A stretch of 64,000 nucleotides of DNA, taken from assembly GCA_963719315.1 (NCBI GenBank), contig CAVRBU010000017.1, positions 104,922 through 168,921 of the forward strand. Direction: 5' to 3'. The notes below the pieces were generated by a model that saw nothing but the letters and a program-made list of their open reading frames with translations, was not told the origin of the DNA and made no database searches. This stretch comes from an uncultured Planctomycetota bacterium. Lineage in GTDB: Bacteria; Planctomycetota; Planctomycetia; Pirellulales; Lacipirellulaceae. This document shows, piece after piece, positions 20,065 to 30,762 of this stretch (its first letter is position 1; the number at the start of each line of letters is the position of its first letter). The position numbers and the translations under genes are program-made.

Positions 20065-20946
20065 ATGAAATACGCGCTTCAAACCGTGTTGGCCATGCTG
20101 ACGGCAATCGCCGTGACTGACGCTGCAATCGCTCAGCAGCAACAGGCGGATCGTCCCGGCACCGAGGAATTTGGGCTGAGCATGCGGCAACTCGTGCAAA
20201 ACGTCGAGAAAGTTGAAACCCTAATCGCCAAGTGTATGCAGGAACAAGGTTTCGAGTACGTCGCCGCCGACTTTAAGACCGTTCGTCGAGGAATGATCGC
20301 CGACAAATCGATGCCCGGCATGGACGAGGAGGAATTCACGCAACAGTACGGCTTTGGAGTGGCCACGCTCTACACGGGTCTCCCGCCTCAGTTGGTGGAA
20401 GGCTACAGCCCGGCCAGAGTCGGCTTGGGCGACAAAAACGTGCAAATCTTCAAAGGCTTGTCGCCGGCCGATCAAGCCGCATACAACCGGGCGCTGCTCG
20501 GAGAGAACACCGACGCCACGTTTGCCGTCGCTCTGGAGATTGAGAATTTTTCCAGATGTGGCGGTTGCACGCTGAAGGCCATCCAGCAGGTTTTCAAGGA
20601 GGACCAATTAAAGCCGACGTACCGCAATCCGAAAGACGAATTAATCAATAAGGATCCTCGTATGAAGGCGGCGCTGCGGACGTATGCCGAGCGGATGCGC
20701 GCGGCCGGTTTTGAGTATACCCACCCTGATCAGGTCGAAACGGACATCCGCGACCGCCTCGTCGCGATTACCGGCGGCGAGATGGTTCCCGTTGATAAGC
20801 TACCCTCGGAGTGCCAAGCGGCCCTCAAAAAGCTTCAAGAATTTGAGCGGCGGGTCGGCGTAATCAGCTACAAGCTGCAAGGCGAACTATTCGAACCTGT
20901 TGAGGAACAAATCGAAAAGGAAATGTACCCGCGCGAAGTCAAATAA
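20065..20946 (+). CDS. Secreted helical hypothetical protein
   Basis: RBS aagga, signal peptide; IAKCMQEQGFEY and LSPADQAAYNRAL motifs. Confidence 0.75.
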   Translation: MKYALQTVLAMLTAIAVTDAAIAQQQQADRPGTEEFGLSMRQLVQNVEKVETLIAKCMQEQGFEYVAADFKTVRRGMIADKSMPGMDEEEFTQQYGFGVATLYTGLPPQLVEGYSPARVGLGDKNVQIFKGLSPADQAAYNRALLGENTDATFAVALEIENFSRCGGCTLKAIQQVFKEDQLKPTYRNPKDELINKDPRMKAALRTYAERMRAAGFEYTHPDQVETDIRDRLVAITGGEMVPVDKLPSECQAALKKLQEFERRVGVISYKLQGELFEPVEEQIEKEMYPREVK

Positions 20947-21045
20947 GCGCTACTCTCGGACGGTAGGACCGAGGGAGTACGGACACGACTGGCGCCACGC
21001 GAGCGAACCTCGTTCAATAACGCGGTGTTACAGAGGTATCTCGTT

Positions 21046-22586
21046 ATGAGCAAAAATCGAACCGTTGCTTTGTGTCTCGTTCTGGCACTCATGGCCATTG
21101 CAGCCGGCGGGGCCTGGGTGGTCGGCAGGCAGATCGTATCTCCGGCCGAGGCTGCCGCGCGAACGGCGCCGCCGAAGCCGTCTCCCATTCTGGTGCCCAT
21201 CGAAAAACGGGTGTTGAGCTCCCAAATCGTGACGCGCGGAACGGCCCGCTTCGGCACGCCCCAGCCGGTGGCCCTGGCGCCGTCGACGCTTAAAATGAAT
21301 ACGGCCGGCCTGATTACGACCTTGCCGAAGCCGAACACGCAATTCAAGGAAGGCGATGTCCTGTTCGCCGCGTCGGGGCGTCCGGTGATGGCCCTTCAAG
21401 GCGCCACTCCAGCCTATCGAGACATGGTGCCCGGAACGTCCGGACCCGATGTCATGCAGCTCGAAGAAGCCCTGAAACGATTAGGATTCGATCCGGGCGA
21501 CGTGGATGGTAATTACGACGACAAAACGGGAGCGGCAGTTGCCAAATGGTATCAATCGAAAGGCTATGAGCCATTCGGCCCAACGCCTACGCAACTTGCC
21601 AATTTGCGCCAATCGAAGCAAGCCTGGGAGATGCCAACAAGGCAAAACTGGCGGCCGCTGGCGTAGAGGCAACGGCCAATCTGGCCGTGGAGAATGCTCG
21701 CGCAAAGGTCAGCTTTGGCAACAAAGCCGCTGCCTCCGAGGTATCCACCAAGATCGCCGACCGGGCCCTGATCGTTCTCGACCCGCGGCAATTGGGTCTT
21801 GCTCGGGCTGCGGCGGACGAGAAGCTGGAAACAGCCCGTTCCGGCTTGAAAGCTGCCAAGCTCGACGGCGAAATGGCCGTCAAAACTGCCCTGGAAGCGA
21901 AACGCGTGGCTGAGTTCGATGCCCAACTAACGGCCGAGCGGGCCAATCAGTTGACCGCCGACTTGGAACTCGCCAAGTCCAAGCTCGGTGTGCAAGTCCC
22001 GTTGGATGAGGTCGTCTTCCTACCCTCTCTCCCGGCGCGGGTTGAGCAGGTCATCGCAACCGTGGGGGGAGCCGCAAGTGGGCCGGTGCTCACCGTCACG
22101 GACAATCAAATCGTCATTGATTCCTCCTTGCCGCTCGACGTGGCGCCCTTGGTGAAACCGGGCATGGAAGTTGAGATCGATGAGTCTGCCCTGGGGTTCA
22201 AAGCCAAAGGCGTCGTCGAGACCGTCGCGGAATCGCCCGGCACGCGCGGAGTGGATGGCTATCACTTCTATTTTGCGGTTCGCGTAGGTGAGACGCCGAC
22301 GCCGCTGCAAGGGTTTTCACTACGGCTCACCATGCCGATTAAGTCGACCCAAGGCGCCGTTACCACGGTTCCGATGAGCGCACTTTCGCTGACGGCCGAC
22401 GGAACCTCGCGGGTGCAAGTCCAGAATAGCAAAGGCGCCCTGGAGTACGTCACGGTCGAGCCAGGCCTGGCGGCCGACGGTTTTGTCGAAGTGAAGCCGA
22501 TTCAAGGGAAGCTCGAGCCGGGCCAGCTCGTCGTCGTGGGTAACGAACAAAGTGAGAGTGCCGACAGCCCGGAAAAGAAACAATGA
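21046..22586 (+). CDS. Peptidoglycan-binding-domain periplasmic adaptor (MFP), frameshifted near 21620
   Basis: N-terminal TM; GPDVMQLEEALKRLGFDPGDVDGNYDDKT (PG_binding_1); coiled coil; VPMSAL...GQLVVVG. Joins ORFs 21025..21666 and 21687..22586. Confidence 0.85.
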
Positions 22587-24536
22587 CACCTAGTTCAACA
22601 ACTCATGTACTTGAGCTGAACAAGGTTTGCAAAACTTATGGAAGCGAACCGGCCGTCCACGCGCTCGTGGATGTTGATCTCACGCTAGAGCGCGGCGAAT
22701 GGCTTTCGATCACCGGACCATCCGGCGCCGGAAAATCGACGCTACTCAATATCATCGGTTGCCTCGACCATGCAACCGCCGGCACGTTCTTGTTCGACGG
22801 CATCGATACGGCGAAGCTATCGGATGGCCAGCGGGCCGGTTTACGAAGCCAGCGCATCGGCTTTGTATTTCAATCGTTTCACCTCTTGCCGTACCGGACC
22901 GTTCTCGAAAACGTGATGCTGGCCGAGGTATACCGCAAGCATACCTCGCACGATCGGGAAGCCCGCGCGCTGGCGGCGATTGAACGCGTCGGTCTTAGTC
23001 ACCGGGCTGGCTTCATGCCGAACAAGCTGTCGGGCGGCGAACAGCAACGGGTTGCGATCGCTCGCGCACTCGCCGGTTCGCCCAGTTTGTTGCTGTGCGA
23101 CGAGCCCACAGGAAATCTGGACTCGAAGTCGTCGGCCAACCTTCTCGACCTGTTGGAAAACTTGAATAAAGATGGCCTCACTTTGGTGATCGTGACGCAC
23201 GACGAGAAAGTAGCCAATCGTGCGGGCCGCCGGGTACATATCATTGATGGCAGGCTGACGGACATCAGCGAAACGACATCCGCGACCCAGCCGGCGCCTT
23301 CGCCAATGCCCTTGGGCAGCACCGCTTCGATTGCCCGCTCCGGCATCACGATCCGCGACCTGTTCAATGAAGCGCTTGCCGGGATGTTTGCCCGGCCGGG
23401 GCGCATGATGCTGACCGTCTTGGGCGTCGTGATCGGACTTACGGCGCTGGTGGCAACACTGGGGCTATCGCGTACGGCCGGGAATCGCATCGTCAGCCAA
23501 TTCGACAAGGTTGCGGCCACCGAGTTGTTCGTCACCGCCCGGCCCGGGATTACCGGCATTGTCGATCCGAAGGCAATCCCTTGGGATGCGCCGAGCGACT
23601 CCGCCGCTTGAACGGCGTCGTGGCGGCCGGAACGATGAGCGAAGTGGATGTCCGCGATGCGCTGGTCGGTTCGTCGCCGGTGAAGGATCCCAGCAATCAA
23701 ACCGCCTTTAAGATGGCCGTTCATGCAGCGTCACCCGAGTTGTTCCGGGCCGTGAGAGCGGACTTGGCGCAGGGGCGCGTACCCGATGCGGGGCATTCGG
23801 AGCGTGCGGACCGAGTCGCCGTGTTAGGTCCCGATGCCGCTCGAAAGCTGGGAATTACCAGCCTGGACCAGCTTCCCGCCATCTACATCGGCGACCACCT
23901 GTATTTGGTGATGGGGATCCTGAAGGACGTTGCGCGGAAGCCTGAATTGTTGGGTTCGGTGATTATCCCGGAAGGAACGGCGCGACACGATTTCGGTCTA
24001 GTTGGTCCCGGCACGGTGGTCATTGAAACACAGATCGGCGCGGCATATCTAATCGCCGATCAAACCCGCGCCGCGCTGCGGCCCGACGATCCTCGCATTC
24101 TCAAGGTCGAAGTTCCGCAAGAGCCGAGGCGCGTTCGCGACGATGTGCAGAACGACGTGAATATCATGTTCTTGTTGTTGGGAGGATTGTCGTTGGTGGT
24201 GGGGGCCATCGGCATCGCTAATATTACTTTGGTTTCGGTAATGGAACGCACCGGCGAAATTGGCTTGCGGCGAGCTATCGGGGCGACCCGCGCTCATATC
24301 GCCGCACAATTCTTGTTCGAGAGCGCTTCCATGGGCATCATCGGCGGCATTTTGGGCGCCAGCCTAGGAGTGATGATCGTCGTCGCGGTCTCCGCGTACG
24401 AACAGTGGACGCCGGTGCTCGATTCTTGGGCGCCCTTCTGGCGCCACTTATCGGCGGCGCCATCGGCCTGCTGTCGGGCGCCTATCCAGCGATCCGTGCC
24501 GCTCATCTGGAACCGGTCGAAGCCTTCCGGAATTGA
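22583..24536 (+). CDS. MacB-type fused ABC ATPase-permease, frameshifted near 23595 and 24437
   Basis: GPSGAGKST, LSGGEQQRV and LLCDEPTGNLD; permease SVMERTGEIGLRRAIGA; final frame gives GAYPAIRAAHLEPVEAFRN* ending at 24536. Confidence 0.88.
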
Positions 24537-24584
24537 CGGCCTGGCCCGATCGATCACAATCCTAGAGCTTGGTCACCGCTGAAA

Positions 24585-24680
24585 TGATGGGTGGCATGCT
24601 TTCGCCGCGGCGGCGTAGGCATGATTGCGCCCGAGACATGCTCACTCACACGCCGCGCTGGGAGCGCATGCCACCCATCA
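24585..24680. repeat. CATG-rich palindromic element, copy 1
   Basis: TGATGGGTGGCATGC ... GCATGCCACCCATCA; its reverse complement matches 32525-32608. Confidence 0.8.
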
Positions 24681-25019
24681 ATTGAACGTGGACTGATCAC
24701 CAGCCCGTCGGCCATTCGCCACGCTCTTCGCGAAACCGATTCTGGAACCTGCTCCAATCGGTAAATCTTACCTGGCCGGCAATGACCATCTAATCGAATT
24801 AACCTCTGGATTTTGCCTTTCGATCGTTATTCGGATCAACTAGCGTCGGGTTACGGTCACATCGTATGGTTTAAACGGTTGTGACAAATCGACTAATGTG
24901 TTCACCGAGAGAAATCCCCTGTGCCGAAAGGCCAAGTGAGCCGAAATAACCCTATATCGTGATCCACTGATAAAACGGCGCTATTCAGGTAAAGCGCTCT
25001 CGCCCAGAAATGCGGTACG

Positions 25020-26630
25020 ATGGAGACTTGCCAACCAATCGCTACCGCATCCCCCTCTAATCACTGGGCGGGGCTTGGTCGCCTCCAGCACCGGTGCCGG
25101 ATCGGTCTATTCGCCGTGGCGTTTGTGTCCGGTTTAGGATTCGTTACCGCAGTGCAGGCCCAGCCGGGCCATGTGACCCAACCCCTCCTCTCTGCCGGCG
25201 CCCCTGAGGAATTGCCAAGATTCGGCGAATCGAATAGCTCCGAATGGTCGGTGAGCCTGCAGTTGGAGCAAATGGATCAGCGGTTGAAAGAATTGGAAAC
25301 GGCTCAGCTAGCGCAGGAGACCGCGACCAGAAACATTATTCGACAATCGCTGGCCGAGAAGGGCTCGAACATCATGGATACCGTCCAATTCGGCGGTACC
25401 CTCGAGACTCTTACGTTCTGGGAACGCGATTTCGATAACGTCACGTCCAGCGACATCATTCTGGATACGGCCGAGCTCGATTTCGTCATCACTCCCAATC
25501 AATGGAGCTCGGCCGCTCTCGTTCTCGAGTACGATCAAGGAAACAACTTCGCCTTTCCAACCACGGAAGGGGATGAAGTCTTCGTCGATCGAGTCAATAT
25601 CCGTCAAGCCACGATCACGATCGGCAATCCTGAGAAGTATCCGCTCTACTCGACGCTAGGTCGGGACACGGTCCCTTTCGGTGTCGCAACGGGCAACCCC
25701 GTGACGGACTCGCTGACGATCGTCGATCCCCTGACTATCGAGGTGTTCGAGACGCGAGAAGACTTTATCATGTTCAGTTTCTTGGCGCCGACCTGTTGCC
25801 CGCCGCCAACGTCGCCAAATCCCGTGCCAGGTCCGCCTGTCGTTCATCCTATTCTGTTCAACCCGCTCGTCCGCCGGGCCGCGACTTCAATTTGTGAATA
25901 CTGCCCGTGCACGCCGGACCTTCCTCCGCCGGCGACCACGTGGCCTCCAATTACTTGCACGCCGCCATACAGCGGCTCCATTTACTTTTACAATGGTGAC
26001 ACTACCAATTTAGGAGAAAACCACATCCAACAAATGGGGGGCCACTTGGGATATTTCACCAAGGGCAATGTCGGCCCGTGCTTCCCCTGGACTCTTGACT
26101 GCGGCGTTGATGTCAACAGCTCCGTTTTCGACAGTAATTTCCTGCAGTTCGAATATCGCGGGTTCTTAGATCAGATCGGTTTTGTGCCGGGCATGGCTGC
26201 CCACATCAAATCAAACCTCGGTCCGACCTCTCTGGTGTTGGAATGGAATGGAGCAATCAGCAACGCCAGGTTTATTGACGATGTGGGAACGCCCATCGAC
26301 ATCCGGCCGCAAGCCTGGCAAATCCAGTGGGCGTACCAATTCGATTGGAACCCATCGGTCGAATCGATTGGCGCCCAGGGCACCTATTTCGTCATTGGCT
26401 ACTCCGAATCCAAAGATTTGGCGGGCGTGCAACGAGTCATCGGCGCCTTGCCGCCGATCAGAGTTGGCAACGTGCCGGAAAAGCGTCTGAGCGTCGGTGT
26501 CGGCGAGTGGATACTCCCCAGTGTTCGCCTGGCATTCGAATACTCGCACGCGATCGACTACTCCGTCGCCGACGGTGGCACGGGCAACTCGGCCGACGCC
26601 GTGCTTTCCCAACTCACCTTGGAATGGTGA
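25020..26630 (+). CDS. LbtU-like outer-membrane porin with Pro/Cys-rich insertion
   Basis: Coiled-coil N-region; FGGTLE...SDIILDTAELDF, ATITIGNPEKYPLY..GR..VPFG; C-terminal aromatic strand QLTLEW. Confidence 0.75.
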   Translation: METCQPIATASPSNHWAGLGRLQHRCRIGLFAVAFVSGLGFVTAVQAQPGHVTQPLLSAGAPEELPRFGESNSSEWSVSLQLEQMDQRLKELETAQLAQETATRNIIRQSLAEKGSNIMDTVQFGGTLETLTFWERDFDNVTSSDIILDTAELDFVITPNQWSSAALVLEYDQGNNFAFPTTEGDEVFVDRVNIRQATITIGNPEKYPLYSTLGRDTVPFGVATGNPVTDSLTIVDPLTIEVFETREDFIMFSFLAPTCCPPPTSPNPVPGPPVVHPILFNPLVRRAATSICEYCPCTPDLPPPATTWPPITCTPPYSGSIYFYNGDTTNLGENHIQQMGGHLGYFTKGNVGPCFPWTLDCGVDVNSSVFDSNFLQFEYRGFLDQIGFVPGMAAHIKSNLGPTSLVLEWNGAISNARFIDDVGTPIDIRPQAWQIQWAYQFDWNPSVESIGAQGTYFVIGYSESKDLAGVQRVIGALPPIRVGNVPEKRLSVGVGEWILPSVRLAFEYSHAIDYSVADGGTGNSADAVLSQLTLEW

Positions 26631-26721
26631 CGCTTGCATGAAGGCGCTTTAGTGATTGGCGGCGGGCACGTAATTCCGCCAAGCGATTCAGTCAACGCGC
26701 CGATGCCACCTAGCCATACGC

Positions 26722-27642
26722 CTACGGTAGCGGCGCGACATCGACGCTGACGTTGATATGGTGTTCTCCGCCGCCGACGAACACGCCCTGAATTGGGCAC
26801 ACATCGCCGTAGTCGCGGCCCCAGGCGATCGTGATGTACGATTCGCCGATGAGGCAATTGTTGGTGGGATCGATGTCGATCCAACCTAGGGGCCCACACC
26901 AGGCAGAGCACCAGGCGTGCGAAGCATCGGCGCCGATGAGCCTCGGTTTTCCCGGCGGCGGTGTGGTCCGCAAATAACCACTTGTGTAGCGAGCTGCCAT
27001 TCCCATCGCACGCAAACAACCCGTCGCCAGGTGGGCGAAGTCCTGGCAAACACCGCGGCGATGACGGAACACATCGGCAAGCGGAGTATCGACGTTTGTC
27101 GCGCGGGTATCGAATTCGAAATCGGCATGGATCCGCGCCGTCAAATCGACAAGCGCCTCGACGACCGAGCGTCCGGGCGGATAGCTCTTTGCCGCGTACT
27201 CGAGAAGGTCGGTAGATAGCGGTACCCGCGGTGAAGCAAATGCCAATTGGGCAATCATTGGCTCGACGCGATTGTGCTCGGCAGGCACGCCATCAGACCG
27301 CCGGCGACCGACGACGCACTTTTGCCATTCAGGTGCATCGCGTGTCTTCTGAGCTACCGTTGGAAAAACTTCAACCGCGCTTTCCGCAACGATCTCCAGT
27401 TTGCGATGGGCCGTTTCGATGGAAAAATACTCGCTGCGATTGCCAAAATAATCATCGCGGTACGTGAGAAACGCCGGCACAGGATCGATGTTCAGGCGGT
27501 AGGTAGCGCAGCGTTGGCGGGCGGTCGAGCGCGGGGCCAGATGGACCAGGTTGTGGCACACCGGTGCGAGATCGGCGTAGGTGTAGCCGGTCTTGTGGGT
27601 GATTTGATATTTCAAGTGCGTAGCTGCGGGGGTCCCTAGCAC
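26722..27642 (-). CDS. Transglutaminase family protein (Bact_transglu_N + TGase core)
   Basis: GVCQDFAH, ARYTSGY, ASHAW, DIDPTN and WGRDYGDV. Confidence 0.92.
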   Translation of the reverse strand: MLGTPAATHLKYQITHKTGYTYADLAPVCHNLVHLAPRSTARQRCATYRLNIDPVPAFLTYRDDYFGNRSEYFSIETAHRKLEIVAESAVEVFPTVAQKTRDAPEWQKCVVGRRRSDGVPAEHNRVEPMIAQLAFASPRVPLSTDLLEYAAKSYPPGRSVVEALVDLTARIHADFEFDTRATNVDTPLADVFRHRRGVCQDFAHLATGCLRAMGMAARYTSGYLRTTPPPGKPRLIGADASHAWCSAWCGPLGWIDIDPTNNCLIGESYITIAWGRDYGDVCPIQGVFVGGGEHHINVSVDVAPLP

Positions 27643-27653
27643 CGGTCCATGGT

Positions 27654-30185
27654 TTACTCTTCCGGCGCCGAATCGAAATCGATCTCGGCCAGCCGTTGGA
27701 TCGGGCCAGAATGGAAAAAGTAGCGATGGGAAATGATGTCGGATAGTTCGGGCAACTTAGCGCTAATTTGATCGAGCAATTTGTTCAGCGGGTCCGTTTT
27801 GCCGTCTTCATAGTCGCGCGCCATGCGGACGATATCCGCTTGCCTCATGCAATGCAACAATGTGCTCACGAGTTCCTGGCCGGCAGGTCCAGTCGCGCTT
27901 TTGACCCGAGCGCCAAGTCTTTCGACGTGGGAGACACACTCGGCGAGCTGAAAGGCGATCGAGCGCGGGTTCGTCTCGTCGCAAATCATGAGGTCGAGCA
28001 CGGCGCCCAGTTGGATGTTCGAACCGTATCGAGAACGATACGTCATTACGCTATCGAGCATTTCCAACAACGCTTCGAGTGCCTCAGGTTCGTCTTCGCC
28101 GCCGTTGGCGAGCATCCCGCGGACGAGCTGCGACTCCTGCGCGGCGCGTTCCAGGCGACGACCCAAGTCCAGGAACCGCCAGGCATAGGTTCTGGTCATG
28201 CTTTCGGCGATTTCGCCGGCGTATGCGGCGAGTTGCATGAGCAGCACGTCGAGCTTATCGAGCAGGTCGAGAAAGCCGTTCCGTCCCACCGTCGGACGAA
28301 AATCCTCGTTCATTTGCCGGATGATTCGCCAGCTATCGAGCGACATGAGGTCCCGAACCGTAGCGGCCAGTCCGGCGACTGAGGTAACCGTCGCCCGAAG
28401 CGCGAAGGACGGCCCTTCATCGAAGGCGGATTTCGGTAGCTGTTTCTCGATCGAGGGAAGCTGCTTGCGTATCTCCTCAACGACGTAACCTGGCTCGATT
28501 TGCCCCTGCTCTGCCAATAGTCGCAGCAAATGAGGCAACTCGGGAATGCGGTCGACTTGCTCTTCGCTGGCGAGCCGCCGGGCGGCAGAGCGCAACAACT
28601 TAGCGAGCAACTCGGCTCGCACAGAGTTCCGCCCCAGCCAAAAAAAGTGCTCGGCAGCGCGGCTGGAAAGGTCGATGCCGCCCCGACGTAGCGGCAACTC
28701 GGCTTCCGTCGCCGTCAGCAGCGAGACGGGAAGAACCGGGCCATCGGCGAACACCCAAGTGTCTTTGCTGCGTTCGCCATCCAATAGAGAGAGGTCCAGC
28801 GGCGCCAGCGACGCGGAAACGCGCACCAAACCGCCGGGCATCACCATGTAGCTTTCCTCGTGAGCCACGGCAAAGGTGCGGAGCGCGATGTAACACGGCC
28901 GCATTTCCTCGCCCGACCACGCCGGTGCACCCGATCGCACGACGTGCTCTTGCGCGACAAAGTTCGCCGGATCGCTTTGGATCAGTGCGCGAAGCTCCGG
29001 CCGCGGCATGTCCGCTAGTCGGCTGATCAAAGATACCGGTTCACCGCGCCGGCGATACGCGGGCAGAATAATTAGTTCTTCCAGCCGATCCAGCACATAC
29101 TCGCAGACTTTTGGCTCGCCACACCACCAGGTAGCCACACCGGGCAGCTTCAGCGGCTCCCCTAATAGCGCTTCGGAGAGACGAGGCATGAAAGATCGAA
29201 AAATCGGCGACTCGACCAAACCGCTGCCCGGTGAATTCGCAATTGCGACGTTACCCGACCTCATCGCCTGCAACACGCCGGCGATGCCCTGCGATCCCGC
29301 ATCGACGATTTCGAGTGGATCGAGCAGCTCACTGTTCGGGCGCCTCAGGAGAACGTTAACGGGGGACAGCCCAGCTAGGGTTTTTAGATACAAGCGATTG
29401 CCGCGGACGGCGAGGTCACCTGCTTCCGCAAGCATGTGGCCGAGATAGCGGGCGAGGAAAGCATCTTCGAAATAATTGGTGCTGCCGGCGGCCTGGCTGA
29501 GCAGCACGATTCGGGGCTCCCCGCCACTCGGTGGTGAGAGTCGAGCGAGCAGTTCCTTCACGGCAATGAAATAAGGCGCAAGGCGCTCAACTCGACAATG
29601 CCGGAAGACATCCGGCAACATCCTCGAAAGGGCGATGCGATTTTCGAGCGCGAAACCGGCTCCGCTCGCACTTTCGCAACGGTCGGATTGCACCCACCAA
29701 CGGCCATCGGGAGCGCGGGCCAGGTCCGCGGCGTAGAAATGAAGCATCCGAGCATCGCGTGACTCGGGAGCACGGCAAAACGGCAGCCGAAATCCCGGAT
29801 GGCGGAATAACGCTTCGGCCGGCAGAACGCCGCTATGCACCAGAGTTTGCGGCCCGTACAAATCGCGGAGCACGAGATCGAGCAGTGTTGCTCGTTGCTT
29901 GAGAGACGCCTCGACCGTTCGCCATTCGTCGGTCGAAACGATGAGCGGCAGCCCATCGAGCTCCCAAGGGCGACGACGAGCCACGGGATCACCCAGGTCA
30001 GGATAGGCGAGGCTATTCTGACGGAGCAGCCGTTGCGCCTGTTCCCAGCGGTATGCGTACTCGGAACGAGTCAGACCTTGGGCGGCTTCAAGAAATGTCT
30101 TCCAGGCCGGCCGTAATACGCCGGGGGCCGAAAAGACCTCGTCGTACGAGCCGGGCGCCAGCTCATAACCGCGGAAAAGTTCCAA
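27654..30185 (-). CDS. Circularly permuted type 2 ATP-grasp fused to alpha-E domain
   Basis: YAADLAR, SGAGFALENR, YFEDAFLARYLG, MPGGLVR, SKDTWV; alpha-E FWLGR, GRRLERA and NPRSIAFQL. Start uncertain (TTG 30185; ORF open to 30395). Confidence 0.9.
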   Translation of the reverse strand: MELFRGYELAPGSYDEVFSAPGVLRPAWKTFLEAAQGLTRSEYAYRWEQAQRLLRQNSLAYPDLGDPVARRRPWELDGLPLIVSTDEWRTVEASLKQRATLLDLVLRDLYGPQTLVHSGVLPAEALFRHPGFRLPFCRAPESRDARMLHFYAADLARAPDGRWWVQSDRCESASGAGFALENRIALSRMLPDVFRHCRVERLAPYFIAVKELLARLSPPSGGEPRIVLLSQAAGSTNYFEDAFLARYLGHMLAEAGDLAVRGNRLYLKTLAGLSPVNVLLRRPNSELLDPLEIVDAGSQGIAGVLQAMRSGNVAIANSPGSGLVESPIFRSFMPRLSEALLGEPLKLPGVATWWCGEPKVCEYVLDRLEELIILPAYRRRGEPVSLISRLADMPRPELRALIQSDPANFVAQEHVVRSGAPAWSGEEMRPCYIALRTFAVAHEESYMVMPGGLVRVSASLAPLDLSLLDGERSKDTWVFADGPVLPVSLLTATEAELPLRRGGIDLSSRAAEHFFWLGRNSVRAELLAKLLRSAARRLASEEQVDRIPELPHLLRLLAEQGQIEPGYVVEEIRKQLPSIEKQLPKSAFDEGPSFALRATVTSVAGLAATVRDLMSLDSWRIIRQMNEDFRPTVGRNGFLDLLDKLDVLLMQLAAYAGEIAESMTRTYAWRFLDLGRRLERAAQESQLVRGMLANGGEDEPEALEALLEMLDSVMTYRSRYGSNIQLGAVLDLMICDETNPRSIAFQLAECVSHVERLGARVKSATGPAGQELVSTLLHCMRQADIVRMARDYEDGKTDPLNKLLDQISAKLPELSDIISHRYFFHSGPIQRLAEIDFDSAPEE

Positions 30186-30323
30186 TGCTAAGCTGGGATC
30201 CGTCGCCCGCACGCGAATTCTCACCAAGAGATCATGCCACTCAATTTCGTAGCCATTCGCGAAGAGGCTTCGTCCTGATACCTCGCGCGACCCTCTATTG
30301 AAGGCTGCATGGCAAAGGAACCT

Positions 30324-30395
30324 GTGGGAGGCGTGTCGGACGCCGATGGGCCAGGCAAATCGTAACGCGACATCGGCCTCGGAGAGGCCTCCCAA
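30324..30395. repeat. GTGG-type REP doublet
   Basis: GTGGGAGGCGTGTCGGACGCCGAT ... ATCGGCCTCGGAGAGGCCTCCCA. Confidence 0.7.
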
Positions 30396-30466
30396 AATCT
30401 CATTCGCTGCGCAGCCTTCATTATTTTAGCAGATCGTATGAACGTCCACGATGCAGGACGAGAGTA

Positions 30467-30588
30467 GGTAGTGTCCCAATTTGCCGTACAACAAACTTGT
30501 AGCACGGACTTCAGTCCGTGATTCTCGTACGGACTGAATTCCGTGCTACAAAGTTCCGGTCCGAACGGTGCCAAATTAGGACACCACC
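30467..30588 (+). mobile_element. MITE copy 2 (8-bp TSD CGAGAGTA)
   Basis: GGTAGTGTCCCAATTTG ... CAAATTAGGACACCACC; flanks 30459-30466 and 30589-30596 are identical. Confidence 0.9.
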
Positions 30589-30762
30589 CGAGAGTACCGC
30601 CGCCACATTGTCCCATCATGAGAAACCTCGCGGCCCGGCGATAGTTCCGCGCTTTCGCGCATGCCTCGACCGCCTGGAAACTAACCACCCGGCATGATCG
30701 GCATGATCGGTCATCGACGCGCGAATTGCAAATTGCAGCGGTCCCACTATTAGGTGCGTTCG

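Noticed and set aside
5531..30588. Composite transposon bounded by MITE copies 1 and 2
   Set aside because: Each copy has its own distinct 8-bp duplication, so they are independent insertions.
30690..30711. Short tandem repeat CGGCATGAT x2
   Set aside because: Too short and isolated to support a function.
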